DNA of 64,000 nucleotides from an uncultured Chthonomonadaceae bacterium. Lineage in GTDB: Bacteria; Armatimonadota; Chthonomonadetes; Chthonomonadales; Chthonomonadaceae. A model generated the notes under the pieces. The model saw only the letters and a list, made by a program, of their open reading frames with translations, did no database searches and was not told where the DNA came from. Shown here in pieces: positions 38,401-46,653 of this stretch. The stretch covers positions 128,001 through 192,000 of the forward strand of contig CAWIEK010000044.1 of the NCBI GenBank assembly GCA_963835065.1. Direction: 5' to 3'. The first letter of the stretch is position 1; each line of letters starts with the position of its first letter. The position numbers and the translations under genes are program-made.

Positions 38401-40388
38401 GAATGATTGGAAAATACGAAAAGCTGGACGTGCTGGGTTCGGGCGTGTCCGGGATTGTCTACCTTGCCAAAGACACCCTGCTCAACAAGCAGGTCGCGCT
38501 GAAGGAAGTGGACGTGCAGGCCGGGGATTTGCGCCGCTTTTTGGAAGAAGCGCGCGTGATGGATCGGCTGCGCCATCCCAACATCGTGCGCGTCAACAAT
38601 GTGGATCGCATCGAAGGCAAAGTTGTCATTGACATGGAGTACGTGCGCGGGCAGAACCTGCAGGAACTGCTGCGGGGCGAGGGGCCGCTTCCCATTGGCC
38701 GCTCGCTTGATATTGTGGCGCAGGTGCTGGACGCGCTGCACTACGCGCACCAGATGCAGACGGTGCATCGGGACATCAAGCCCGCCAACATTCTCATTGG
38801 GCGTGATGGGCAGGTGAAACTCGTGGACTTCGGGCTGGCCGAAATCCTTGCCACCAATGCGTATGCGGGCGGCGCGGGCACGTATGCGTACATGGCTCCC
38901 GAAGATTTTGCCGAAGATGACCGCTCGGATCATCAGTCCGATATATGGGCGGTGGGCGTCACGCTGTACGAGATGCTTACGCATCAGCGCCCGTTTACGG
39001 TCGCCAAAGTGAAAGACCCGTTTGCGTGGAAGCGCGTTCTTGAATCCGAATCGCCCACGCCGTTAAGCGAGTACCTGCCGGATGCCCCCCCGATGCTGCA
39101 AGCCATTCTGGAACGCGCCCTGGCCCGCGACAAGCAGCAGCGCTACCCCACAGCGGGCGAGTTCCGCGACGATTTAATCCGCTTTCAGCAGGGGCAGCAG
39201 GTTGCCTCGCAAACTCTGCGCCAAGCCCACAGCCGACGCAACCCCCTGCTGCGCCGCAACAATGCCGCGCCCGCTTCCCCTGCCAATACGCCTCTGCCCG
39301 GTTTTTCCGGCGCGTTGCCCGGCAACCCTCTGAACTCGCCCTCCGGCTCCGCGCGCCCTCCTGCAAACATGCCCGCCACTCCCATAAGCAGCACAGGTCA
39401 ACCCCTGCCCTGGTGGGAACGGGGTGAAGAAGGGATAAGGGAGGGAACAGGGAACAGGGAACAGGGAACAGAAGATAGTGGCCTATCAACTATCAACTAT
39501 CAACTACCAACTACTGAGCGCATGGTGGCGGATGTGAATCAGCCGAGTGCGAACAACAAGGCGCAGGCGAGTGGAGCGTCTGCGGAGCGCAAGGCTCGGC
39601 TGCCGTTTGCGCGGCGCGACTCGACGATGCGCCTGACGGTGGAACCGGGGCGCGTGGATTTTGGGGCGGTGCGCAAGGGCGAACTGCCGTCCGTGAAGAT
39701 TACGGCGCGGGTCACGGGCGGGGATGGCATTGTGGAGGGGCGCGTGGTTCATTCCTCGGACTGGCTGACCGTGCATCCGCCCGCCATCAACCGTGCCAAA
39801 CAATCGCTGACCTTGACCGCGCACTCTGCCCGCGTATGGGAAACGGGTGAGTTCCACGAAACCGTTCGCATTGAAACGAACGCGGGAACGGTAGACGTGC
39901 CGACGCGACTTGTCGTGCTTCCCGCGCGGCCTTCGTTTATGCAGGCCGCTGTTTGGTTTGTGCCGCTGTTCGGCGCGGCCTTATTGCCCGCGCTGGCAAT
40001 CGCCTTTGCGGGCGGCAACGGGCATCACGGCGCGGACCTTCTGGCGCGCTACACGCCGAGCGCGGCAACCGTTTCGGGCGCGTTGGGACTGATGCTGCTG
40101 CTGGTCAGCATTGCCGCCGACATCGGTATTGCGGAGCGTATCGCCTGCGGCGTGATGATCGCGGTCATGGGAGCCGTATTGGGCATGTCGAGCGGCCATG
40201 CATCGAATGGTTCCGTCCACCGCGCCGGCATAGAAAGCGCGTTCGTCCTGGGCGGCTTCATGGGCGGCATACTATTGCTGCAACTGCTGCACCTGCGCAA
40301 ATGGAAATTATGGGCGTTCGTGGTCGCCGCGCTCGGCCTCGCGTTCGGCGGCGCATTGCTGCAAATGCTGGGGGTGAGTGTCGGCTGA
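38391..40388 (+). CDS. Hanks-type Ser/Thr protein kinase with an Ig-like (BACON-like) domain and C-terminal TM helices
   Basis: LGSGVSG, VALK, HRDIKPAN, DFG, YMAPE, SDIWAVG. Confidence 0.96.
   Translation: MPLGMIGKYEKLDVLGSGVSGIVYLAKDTLLNKQVALKEVDVQAGDLRRFLEEARVMDRLRHPNIVRVNNVDRIEGKVVIDMEYVRGQNLQELLRGEGPLPIGRSLDIVAQVLDALHYAHQMQTVHRDIKPANILIGRDGQVKLVDFGLAEILATNAYAGGAGTYAYMAPEDFAEDDRSDHQSDIWAVGVTLYEMLTHQRPFTVAKVKDPFAWKRVLESESPTPLSEYLPDAPPMLQAILERALARDKQQRYPTAGEFRDDLIRFQQGQQVASQTLRQAHSRRNPLLRRNNAAPASPANTPLPGFSGALPGNPLNSPSGSARPPANMPATPISSTGQPLPWWERGEEGIREGTGNREQGTEDSGLSTINYQLPTTERMVADVNQPSANNKAQASGASAERKARLPFARRDSTMRLTVEPGRVDFGAVRKGELPSVKITARVTGGDGIVEGRVVHSSDWLTVHPPAINRAKQSLTLTAHSARVWETGEFHETVRIETNAGTVDVPTRLVVLPARPSFMQAAVWFVPLFGAALLPALAIAFAGGNGHHGADLLARYTPSAATVSGALGLMLLLVSIAADIGIAERIACGVMIAVMGAVLGMSSGHASNGSVHRAGIESAFVLGGFMGGILLLQLLHLRKWKLWAFVVAALGLAFGGALLQMLGVSVG
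39442..39515. repeat. Two non-matching heptamer arms inside the kinase CDS
   Basis: (GGGAACA)x4 at 39442-39471 and (CTATCAA)x3-CTACCAA at 39483-39515. Confidence 0.88.
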
Positions 40389-40504
40389 CGCTGACACCTC
40401 CCTGCATCGCTGTGCCTGCCTGTTGGTGTTCCTGATTTCCGTAAACATCCCCGCATACTCCTGCTATTCTACTTATTTGTTGCGTCTTTCAGCGTCATAT
40501 AACG

Positions 40505-40533
40505 TTGACAGCATGACGCCAAACCGCTATAAT
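40505..40533 (+). promoter_or_regulatory. Perfect consensus sigma70 promoter
   Basis: TTGACA-17 bp-TATAAT. Confidence 0.85.
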
Positions 40534-40657
40534 AGACTTTTCATCCTGAGACTTCGCCATTTTATCTTTCTCCGCTGAGAATGTTCCGCCCTTGTCCAAA
40601 GAATACCATTCAGCCTTATGCGGGGAAACGTCAACGCCGCCCATTCTGCACCCTGCT

Positions 40658-41174
40658 ATGACTTTGTGCTGGCGCGTTCATTTGCTGAGGCGCGAACCGG
40701 AACGACTACCAATTCTGCTGTTGGTTGTCGGAGTGGGCGCGGCTTGCGTATGGCTGATGTTCGGAACACTGTTGCCCATGCTGGCGGCGCTCCTGCTGTT
40801 GATGGGAAGCGTCAGCGAGTATCTGTTTCCGATTACCTATCGGCTCACGGACACGGAAGTATGTCAAGAGTTCGCTCACGTCCCGCATACAGTTGCCGTG
40901 GAAGGACGCGCGCCGCTGCAACATGGGACACAACGCGCTGCTACTGACTTCCCTGCCTGTTCCGTCACGCCTAGATGCTTTTCGCGGCGTCCTGCTGCGC
41001 TTTGCCCCGGAGGGACAACCCGGCGACTACGCTTCTGTTTGCGCGATTGTTTCTCACTATGCTCCTCATGTTCTGCCGGATGACATTGCCGCACATTTCG
41101 CAGACAAAGGAATTGCCAACGACGAAGCTGCCGATTCCTGCCATGTTGACAATGAAGACAATGTTGAGAGATAA
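40658..41174 (+). CDS. Small membrane protein (2 TM + soluble domain), frameshift near 40870
   Basis: WRVHLLRREP..hydrophobic hairpin..YLFPITYRLT, continuing ..PWKDARR..PSRLDAFRG in a second frame; may start at TTG 40592. Confidence 0.7.
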
Positions 41175-41261
41175 GGGCTGTGCAGGGGAAAACAACTTGC
41201 GTGGAAACGCTGCAAATGAAAATGCCACAGCCGCGTAGTTTTGCCTGGAGAATCCACAAAC

Positions 41262-41555
41262 ATGACGGCCTTTGATTGGGATGCGGAACTTACGGACGAG
41301 CGGCGTGACGCCTTGATTGACCGCCTGGCGCAGCAAATTCAGGCGCGGCGCATGAACCTACCCGCCATTTTGTTTTTAGAGATGCACAAGCCGCTTGCGT
41401 TTCTGACCGGGCAGGGATTGCTGCTGAGTTCCGGCTTTCTCGCGCCTCTCTTCGGCCCGCAAAACGTGCAGCAGTACGCCCGCCTGTTTGAATCCCGTGA
41501 CAACATAGAGTTGCTGATTCGGAGGATAGAGGAGGAGGTAGACGGTAGAAGGTAG
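41262..41555 (+). CDS. Small hypothetical protein
   Basis: GGAG RBS; PAILFLEMHKPLAFL..FESRDNIELLIRRIE. Confidence 0.85.
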   Translation: MTAFDWDAELTDERRDALIDRLAQQIQARRMNLPAILFLEMHKPLAFLTGQGLLLSSGFLAPLFGPQNVQQYARLFESRDNIELLIRRIEEEVDGRR

Positions 41556-41667
41556 ACGGTAGACGGCAGCAAATGCACTGCTTCCACCCTATGATTTCTA
41601 CAAGGCTATGAGCAAGCAGGTATGTCTACTGTCTACTGTCTACCGTCTACCGTCTACCTTCTACTCC
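41536..41667. repeat. Inverted tandem-heptamer element (GACGGTA)
   Basis: aggtagacggtagaaggtagacggtagacgg ... gtctactgtctactgtctaccgtctaccgtctaccttctac; the left arm encodes the last codons and stop of the upstream gene. Confidence 0.9.
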
Positions 41668-41677
41668 CGGAGCGCCC

Positions 41678-42460
41678 ATGGAACACGCTAACACCGCCGT
41701 GCGCCTGTTTGTGCCGTTGTTCAGCCTGATTATCGTGGCGATGATTTTGACTGCCCGGAAGCGTTCGCTGTTTATCCGGCGGATTCAGGGGCTGACGGCC
41801 ATAGATGAAGCCATTGGACGCGCTACCGAAATGGGCCGTCCGATGCTGTGCTGCAACGGGCTAGGCCGCGCCACGACAAGCGGCACGGACATTGACACGC
41901 TGCAAGCGCTGTCCATCATCAACTACATCATTCGTTCGTCGGCCAAGTTCGGGACGCGCGCCATCGTGCCCATCTATCAGCCGACGACCCTTCCCATCGC
42001 GCAGGAGATTGTCCAGAACGCTTACGCGGCGGAGGGGCGGAGCGATCTGTATAATCCGAGTGACGTGCGCTTTTTGTCCAATCAGCAGTTCGCGTTTGCC
42101 GCAGCGGTTTCGGGCATCATCTGGCGCGAACAGGTGGCGGCCAGTTTCCTGTTCGGCTACTTTTATGCCGAAGCCCTGATTTTTGCCGAAACAGGGCAGC
42201 AGGCGGGCGCGATACAGGTAGCCGGAACGCCCACGACGACGCAAATCCCGTTCTTCATTGCCGCCTGCGATTACGTGATTATCGGCGACGAATTTTACGC
42301 GGCAAGCGCGTATCTGTCCCGCGAACCGACGCTGTTAGGCAGCCTCGTCGGGCAGGACATCTGCAAGGGCATTGTAATTGCTCTCGTGGTTATCGGCTGC
42401 GCGCTGGCGACCCTTGCGCCCACGCTTGCGCCGAAGTTTATAGAGTTTTTGGCGAAGTAA
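41678..42460 (+). CDS. DUF6754-type membrane-anchored protein
   Basis: IRRIQGLTAIDEAIGRATEMGRP..QIPFFIAACDYVIIGDEFYAASAYLSREP..GSLVGQD. Confidence 0.85.
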   Translation: MEHANTAVRLFVPLFSLIIVAMILTARKRSLFIRRIQGLTAIDEAIGRATEMGRPMLCCNGLGRATTSGTDIDTLQALSIINYIIRSSAKFGTRAIVPIYQPTTLPIAQEIVQNAYAAEGRSDLYNPSDVRFLSNQQFAFAAAVSGIIWREQVAASFLFGYFYAEALIFAETGQQAGAIQVAGTPTTTQIPFFIAACDYVIIGDEFYAASAYLSREPTLLGSLVGQDICKGIVIALVVIGCALATLAPTLAPKFIEFLAK

Positions 42461-42499
42461 CTCCTGTCATCCTCAACGTCAGGTAAAAGGAATGAACGC

Positions 42500-43339
42500 T
42501 TGCTCGCTCAATTTTTTCATCCCGTAACAGGCTCGTCATGGTACGCCTACATCGTGGGCGCGCTGCTCGCGTCAGGCATGCTGCTTGGCCTGCTTACCCT
42601 CGTGCCGCAGAATTTGCGCCGGTATGTGATACAGGGCGCGACGTTTTTGGGCGGGCTGTACTGGGCGCTGGAGTTTTTTCTGCCCACGCATCCCATGCCG
42701 ACGTCGCAAAGCCCGAAAGCGGTGGGCAATTTTCTGACGCCGTATGTTGTGCCGTTCGGCAACGTCGCCAGTATTGTGGCCGCGTTTGCTGTCGGGTTGG
42801 GCATCATCAATCTGGTGCAGGTACACGGCAAGCGCATTACCAAAGGCGGCTCGAATTCTTTCAACAGCGCGGTCTTTTTCGCAGGATTGATCGTGATGTT
42901 TACGGTCAGCATCCTGCGTAAAGCCCACCCGAACGCCATTAACAAGAATCTGAACACGCTGGTTTTCGATGGCGGCCTGCAAACCATGGACGCCACGATG
43001 TTTTCCATTGTGGCCTTTTACATTGTGTCCGCGTCCTACCGCGCCTTCCGGGTCCGCTCCGTAGAGGCCACCCTGCTGCTCGTCACGGCAACCCTCGTGA
43101 TGCTCGGACAGATCGCCATTGGAACCTGGCTTACGCACACCCTGCCCGAAGCCAACGCGGGGCCGATGGGATGGACGCACAACCTGCGCCTTGAAATCAT
43201 CCGCGACTGGATTTTAACCAAAGCCAACGCCCCCGCAAGCCGCGCTATCGCCTTCGGCCTGGGCATCGGTGGCCTGGCCGTCGCCCTGCGCATCTGGCTC
43301 GGCCTGGAACGGGGCAGTTATTTCGACAACAATGGATAG
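42500..43339 (+). CDS. Multi-pass membrane protein of unknown function
   Basis: About 7 hydrophobic segments; MFSIVAFYIVSASYRAFRVRSVEA..LRIWLGLER. Confidence 0.88.
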   Translation: MLAQFFHPVTGSSWYAYIVGALLASGMLLGLLTLVPQNLRRYVIQGATFLGGLYWALEFFLPTHPMPTSQSPKAVGNFLTPYVVPFGNVASIVAAFAVGLGIINLVQVHGKRITKGGSNSFNSAVFFAGLIVMFTVSILRKAHPNAINKNLNTLVFDGGLQTMDATMFSIVAFYIVSASYRAFRVRSVEATLLLVTATLVMLGQIAIGTWLTHTLPEANAGPMGWTHNLRLEIIRDWILTKANAPASRAIAFGLGIGGLAVALRIWLGLERGSYFDNNG

Positions 43340-43441
43340 GTTTCAGGTTGCAGGTTTCAGGTTTCAGGGGCAATGCTGCTATGCGTAACATAACTAAAAT
43401 GCAGCGTCTTCCTGATACCTGATACCTGCAACCTGAAACCT
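43338..43441. repeat. Inverted tandem-heptamer element (GGTTTCA)
   Basis: Arms 43338-43368 and 43411-43441, 29/31 complementary; the variant GGTTGCA is mirrored in register. Confidence 0.9.
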
Positions 43442-43451
43442 CATCCGCAGG

Positions 43452-44315
43452 ATGGGCATGAACCTACTACGTTTTCTACAAGAAGTGGACCGGCGGTTTT
43501 TGTATGCGCTGCTGCTGCTGGCGGTATGCGCGCCGTTCTTCCTCAAAACGCGCATCCCGGTTCCGATTTCACCGGAAACGCGCGCCCTTTACGACCGCAT
43601 AGAAGCCTTGCCGCCCGGCAGTTTCGTGCTGCTAGGGATGGATTGGTCGGCGGGAACGCGGGGAGAAAACGGGGCGCAAACGGAAGCCCTGATGCGGCAC
43701 CTGATGAAGCGCAAGCTGCGCTTTGCGATGCTGGCGTTTTCCAGCCCGCAGGGCGCGACGCTGGGGCAGATCATTGCGGAACGCCTGCAAACGGAATACG
43801 GCTACCGGGAAGGCATTGACTGGTGCAACTTCGGCTTCAAAACCGATCAGCAGAACTTTTTGCAGGCGTTTGTCCGCAACATTCCCGCGTCTATCGGCGC
43901 GGACGCGCGGGGCATCCCGATTGAGTCCTTGCCCGTCATGAAGGGCATCAACAGCGGACATGATGTGGCGTTTCTGCTGGAAATAACCGGAACCAACACG
44001 TTCAACATCTACATTCAGTTCATGCAAGGCCCCGCCGATGTGCCGATGGCCGTTGCGCTCACGGCAGTTATGGCCCCCGAAGCCTACAATTATGTGGACA
44101 GCAAACAGATTGTCGGGATGCTCAACGGCTTGAAGGGCGGCAACGAGTACGAGCAACTGCTCGGCGTGTTCGGCAAGGCGTCACGGGCAAGCAATTCGTC
44201 CTCGTTCGCGCATCTGCTCATCATTACCTTTATCGCGCTTGGCAACGTCGCCATGCTGCTGGAACGCCGGCAGCGCGCCCGACTGCTCGGATTAAACCAA
44301 TCCGCCAAACAATAA
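43452..44315 (+). CDS. Membrane protein (TM - soluble domain - TM) of unknown function
   Basis: DRRFLY..YDRIEALPPGS..YGYREGIDWCNFGF..GLKGGNEYEQL..AHLLII. Confidence 0.88.
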   Translation: MGMNLLRFLQEVDRRFLYALLLLAVCAPFFLKTRIPVPISPETRALYDRIEALPPGSFVLLGMDWSAGTRGENGAQTEALMRHLMKRKLRFAMLAFSSPQGATLGQIIAERLQTEYGYREGIDWCNFGFKTDQQNFLQAFVRNIPASIGADARGIPIESLPVMKGINSGHDVAFLLEITGTNTFNIYIQFMQGPADVPMAVALTAVMAPEAYNYVDSKQIVGMLNGLKGGNEYEQLLGVFGKASRASNSSSFAHLLIITFIALGNVAMLLERRQRARLLGLNQSAKQ

Positions 44316-44336
44316 CCAACCGCGAGGCACGAACCC

Positions 44337-45125
44337 ATGACATCGTTTTCACCCTGGCTTGCCGCCCATATTTCCACACTCAGCGCCTGGTTCGGCGCAA
44401 TCTGTACGCTCGGCCTGTACTCGGTTTTGTACAAGGAAAACAAGCTGTATCGGATGTTCGAGCATCTGTTTTTGGGCATGGCGACCGGCTACATGATCGC
44501 GCTGGCGTGGAACGACGTGCTGCTGGTCAAATGGTGGCAGCCGATGCATGATAAGGGCGAGTGGTGGTACATTTTCGCGCTCCTGCCCGGCCTAATGTAC
44601 TATTTCATCTACTCGCGCAAAAACAACTGGATTGCGCGCCTCGTTGTCGGCTTCTTTTTGGGCGTCGCGTCCGGGCAGGCGTTCAAAGCCTTTGTCAACG
44701 ACACATGGCCGCAAATCGCCACGTCGTTCAAGCCCTTGATTCCGCATCCTGCTATATCCGCAACGTCCGATCATCCCGCCGTGAAAGCCCTGACGCTCCC
44801 GGACGCCCTCAACAACCTGCTGTTCATGTTCATTCTGCTGTGCGTGTTGAGCTACTTCTTCTTTTCCTTTGAGCAAAAGCATCCCGTCCTGAACGGCTCC
44901 GCCAAACTGGGACGCTGGCTGCTGATGTTCACGTTCGGCGCGATTTTCGGCTCGACCATCATGGCCCGTCTCGCCCTGCTCATAGACCGCATGGACTTTC
45001 TGCTCAACGACTTCGGCCCCCACATCGGCGGACCGGGCGTGATGTTCGGCGTCCTCGCGCTGCTGACGGTCATAGTCCTCCTCCTCGTCACCCGCCAAAA
45101 ACCAACCACGGAAGAACCGGAGTAA
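44337..45125 (+). CDS. Multi-pass membrane protein of unknown function
   Basis: LYSVLYKENKLYRMFEHLFLG..GRWLLMFTFGAIFGSTIMARL. Confidence 0.88.
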   Translation: MTSFSPWLAAHISTLSAWFGAICTLGLYSVLYKENKLYRMFEHLFLGMATGYMIALAWNDVLLVKWWQPMHDKGEWWYIFALLPGLMYYFIYSRKNNWIARLVVGFFLGVASGQAFKAFVNDTWPQIATSFKPLIPHPAISATSDHPAVKALTLPDALNNLLFMFILLCVLSYFFFSFEQKHPVLNGSAKLGRWLLMFTFGAIFGSTIMARLALLIDRMDFLLNDFGPHIGGPGVMFGVLALLTVIVLLLVTRQKPTTEEPE

Positions 45126-45327
45126 ACCACGGGGAACACGGGGACACGGGGAGGAGAGGGGTAGGACAATAGGGGATACTTACCCATTATAAAACAGAGG
45201 ACATGGATCCACAAGGATACAAGATGTAATCAGCCTTCTCCGTATTTATATGGTTCATCCGTTTTGTGTGGTTCTCCTTGTCCTTCCCCTCTCCTCCCCG
45301 TGTCCCCGTGTTCCCCGTGGTTTACTC
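45120..45327. repeat. Inverted 9/10-mer element (ACACGGGGA family) with 42-bp perfect arms
   Basis: 45120-45161 is the exact reverse complement of 45286-45327. Confidence 0.92.
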
Positions 45328-45672
45328 TACCGTTTGCATAAGTTGGAGCAGGTTGTTTTCCGTGTCGCGGAACATGGCGAAGGTGTAGCCGCCTTCGCTG
45401 GTGGGTGGCAGGAAGAAGGCGACGCCCTTGCCGGTCAGTTCGGCGAATGTGGCGCGGACATCCGCAACGAACAGGGCCAGCGAAACGGCGTTGGGATCGA
45501 AGCGCAGGTCGGGCGACACATCGGGAGCCAGCTGCAGGCCGACCCCCTCCGCAAACAGCACAATGTCTTCCTGTTCGGACTCGACGCTGAACCCCAGCAG
45601 GTCGCGGTAAAACCGCAGCGCCTTCTCAATATCCTGCACCATCACCATCGCCCGAATACCCTGTAATTGCAA
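45322..45672 (-). CDS. VOC/glyoxalase family protein
   Basis: VQDIEKALRFYRDLLG..FRDTENNLLQL; GGGAG RBS before TTG 45672. Confidence 0.9.
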   Translation of the reverse strand: MQLQGIRAMVMVQDIEKALRFYRDLLGFSVESEQEDIVLFAEGVGLQLAPDVSPDLRFDPNAVSLALFVADVRATFAELTGKGVAFFLPPTSEGGYTFAMFRDTENNLLQLMQTVE

Positions 45673-45712
45673 CGTAGATTCTCCCTTGATGCAGGCGCGT
45701 GGCGCAGGAGCG

Positions 45713-45952
45713 TCAGGCGGCGGACTTTTGGGCTTCGCGGCGTTCGCGCTCTTCACGCTCCTCGCGGTACCAGGCAGCCAGTTCCCCGTTCATGTCCGTT
45801 TCGGGAATACCCGGTTCCCGATATTCCAGCATCGCAAGCAGTTCTTCCGGCGTCATCTGGCAAATGCGTTCCAGTACGCGCTTTGTTACTTCCGGGTGGG
45901 TGGGCGGCAAGTTCAGTTTTTCCATTGGACATTTCTCCACAAACGGCTTCAC
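45713..45952 (-). CDS. Small hypothetical protein (possible antitoxin)
   Basis: Charged 70-79 aa ORF just downstream of the interrupted gene; start uncertain. Confidence 0.5.
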   Translation of the reverse strand: MKPFVEKCPMEKLNLPPTHPEVTKRVLERICQMTPEELLAMLEYREPGIPETDMNGELAAWYREEREERERREAQKSAA

Positions 45953-45970
45953 GGTATATCAGATAGCTCA

Positions 45971-46549
45971 TCAGGGAAATTTTACCAGATGTAGGCGGGA
46001 AAGGCAACTCGCATCACGCACGGCAATCTGTACATGCGCTAATTCCAGTATTTTCGATCCCGGATAAAGCGGCTGTCCTTCGGGAAAGCTGCCGCGCACC
46101 GTTTGAACGGGTCGCGCGTTTTGTTCCTCTATAAGCAGGCAGTACGTATCAATTACGCGACGATCCAGAAAGTGCGCTCCCGATGCTGTATTTCGCGGCA
46201 AGTTACCGAAGCCCACGAACGACACCATGCCCTAATAAACGCGCACTAATTCACCGCTGTTCTGTGTGTCCAGCAGGTTCAGACTGTTTCCCAAGCGGAT
46301 GGTAACGCCGACAACGGCGGCGTCCTGTCCGAGCGGTTCAAAGCGTCTGCGCGCCCAATCTAGAGTGCGGTAGGGCGCGTACTCCCAGAAGTAGATGCCT
46401 CTGCCGAGCCAATCATAGGCGTTTTCGGACACGGCAAACTGCTGTTCGGTCAGTATCTTTTCCGCCGTTGCGCGGGTGCAGCCATGATAGCCGAGAATGG
46501 TGTTAGGAGCCGTGTACGGGCGTCGTTGTGGAAAGTGAGTTGGCGTCAA
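45971..46549 (-). pseudogene. ADP-ribosyltransferase-like (DUF3990-like) protein with an in-frame TAG at 46232-46234
   Basis: GYHG..WLGRGIYFWE, then in the same frame after the stop ..VRGSFPEG..HVQIAVRD. Confidence 0.65.
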
Positions 46550-46653
46550 GGATAAATTCTCTTTGTCGAAGTGAAGGAAGGCGTGGGAGAAGCAAGAACG
46601 GAAACCTGAATGGGAACTCAGACGTTGCCTGGCTTGGACATTTACGTTCTGAA

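Noticed and set aside
7700..40900. Programmed frameshifting or phase variation
   Set aside because: No shared slippery heptamer or long homopolymer; scattered 1-nt indels fit sequencing error better.
32805..46234. Stop-codon recoding suggested by two in-frame stops
   Set aside because: One is TAA and one TAG, and both codons terminate core genes normally (plsX TAG, fabD TAA).
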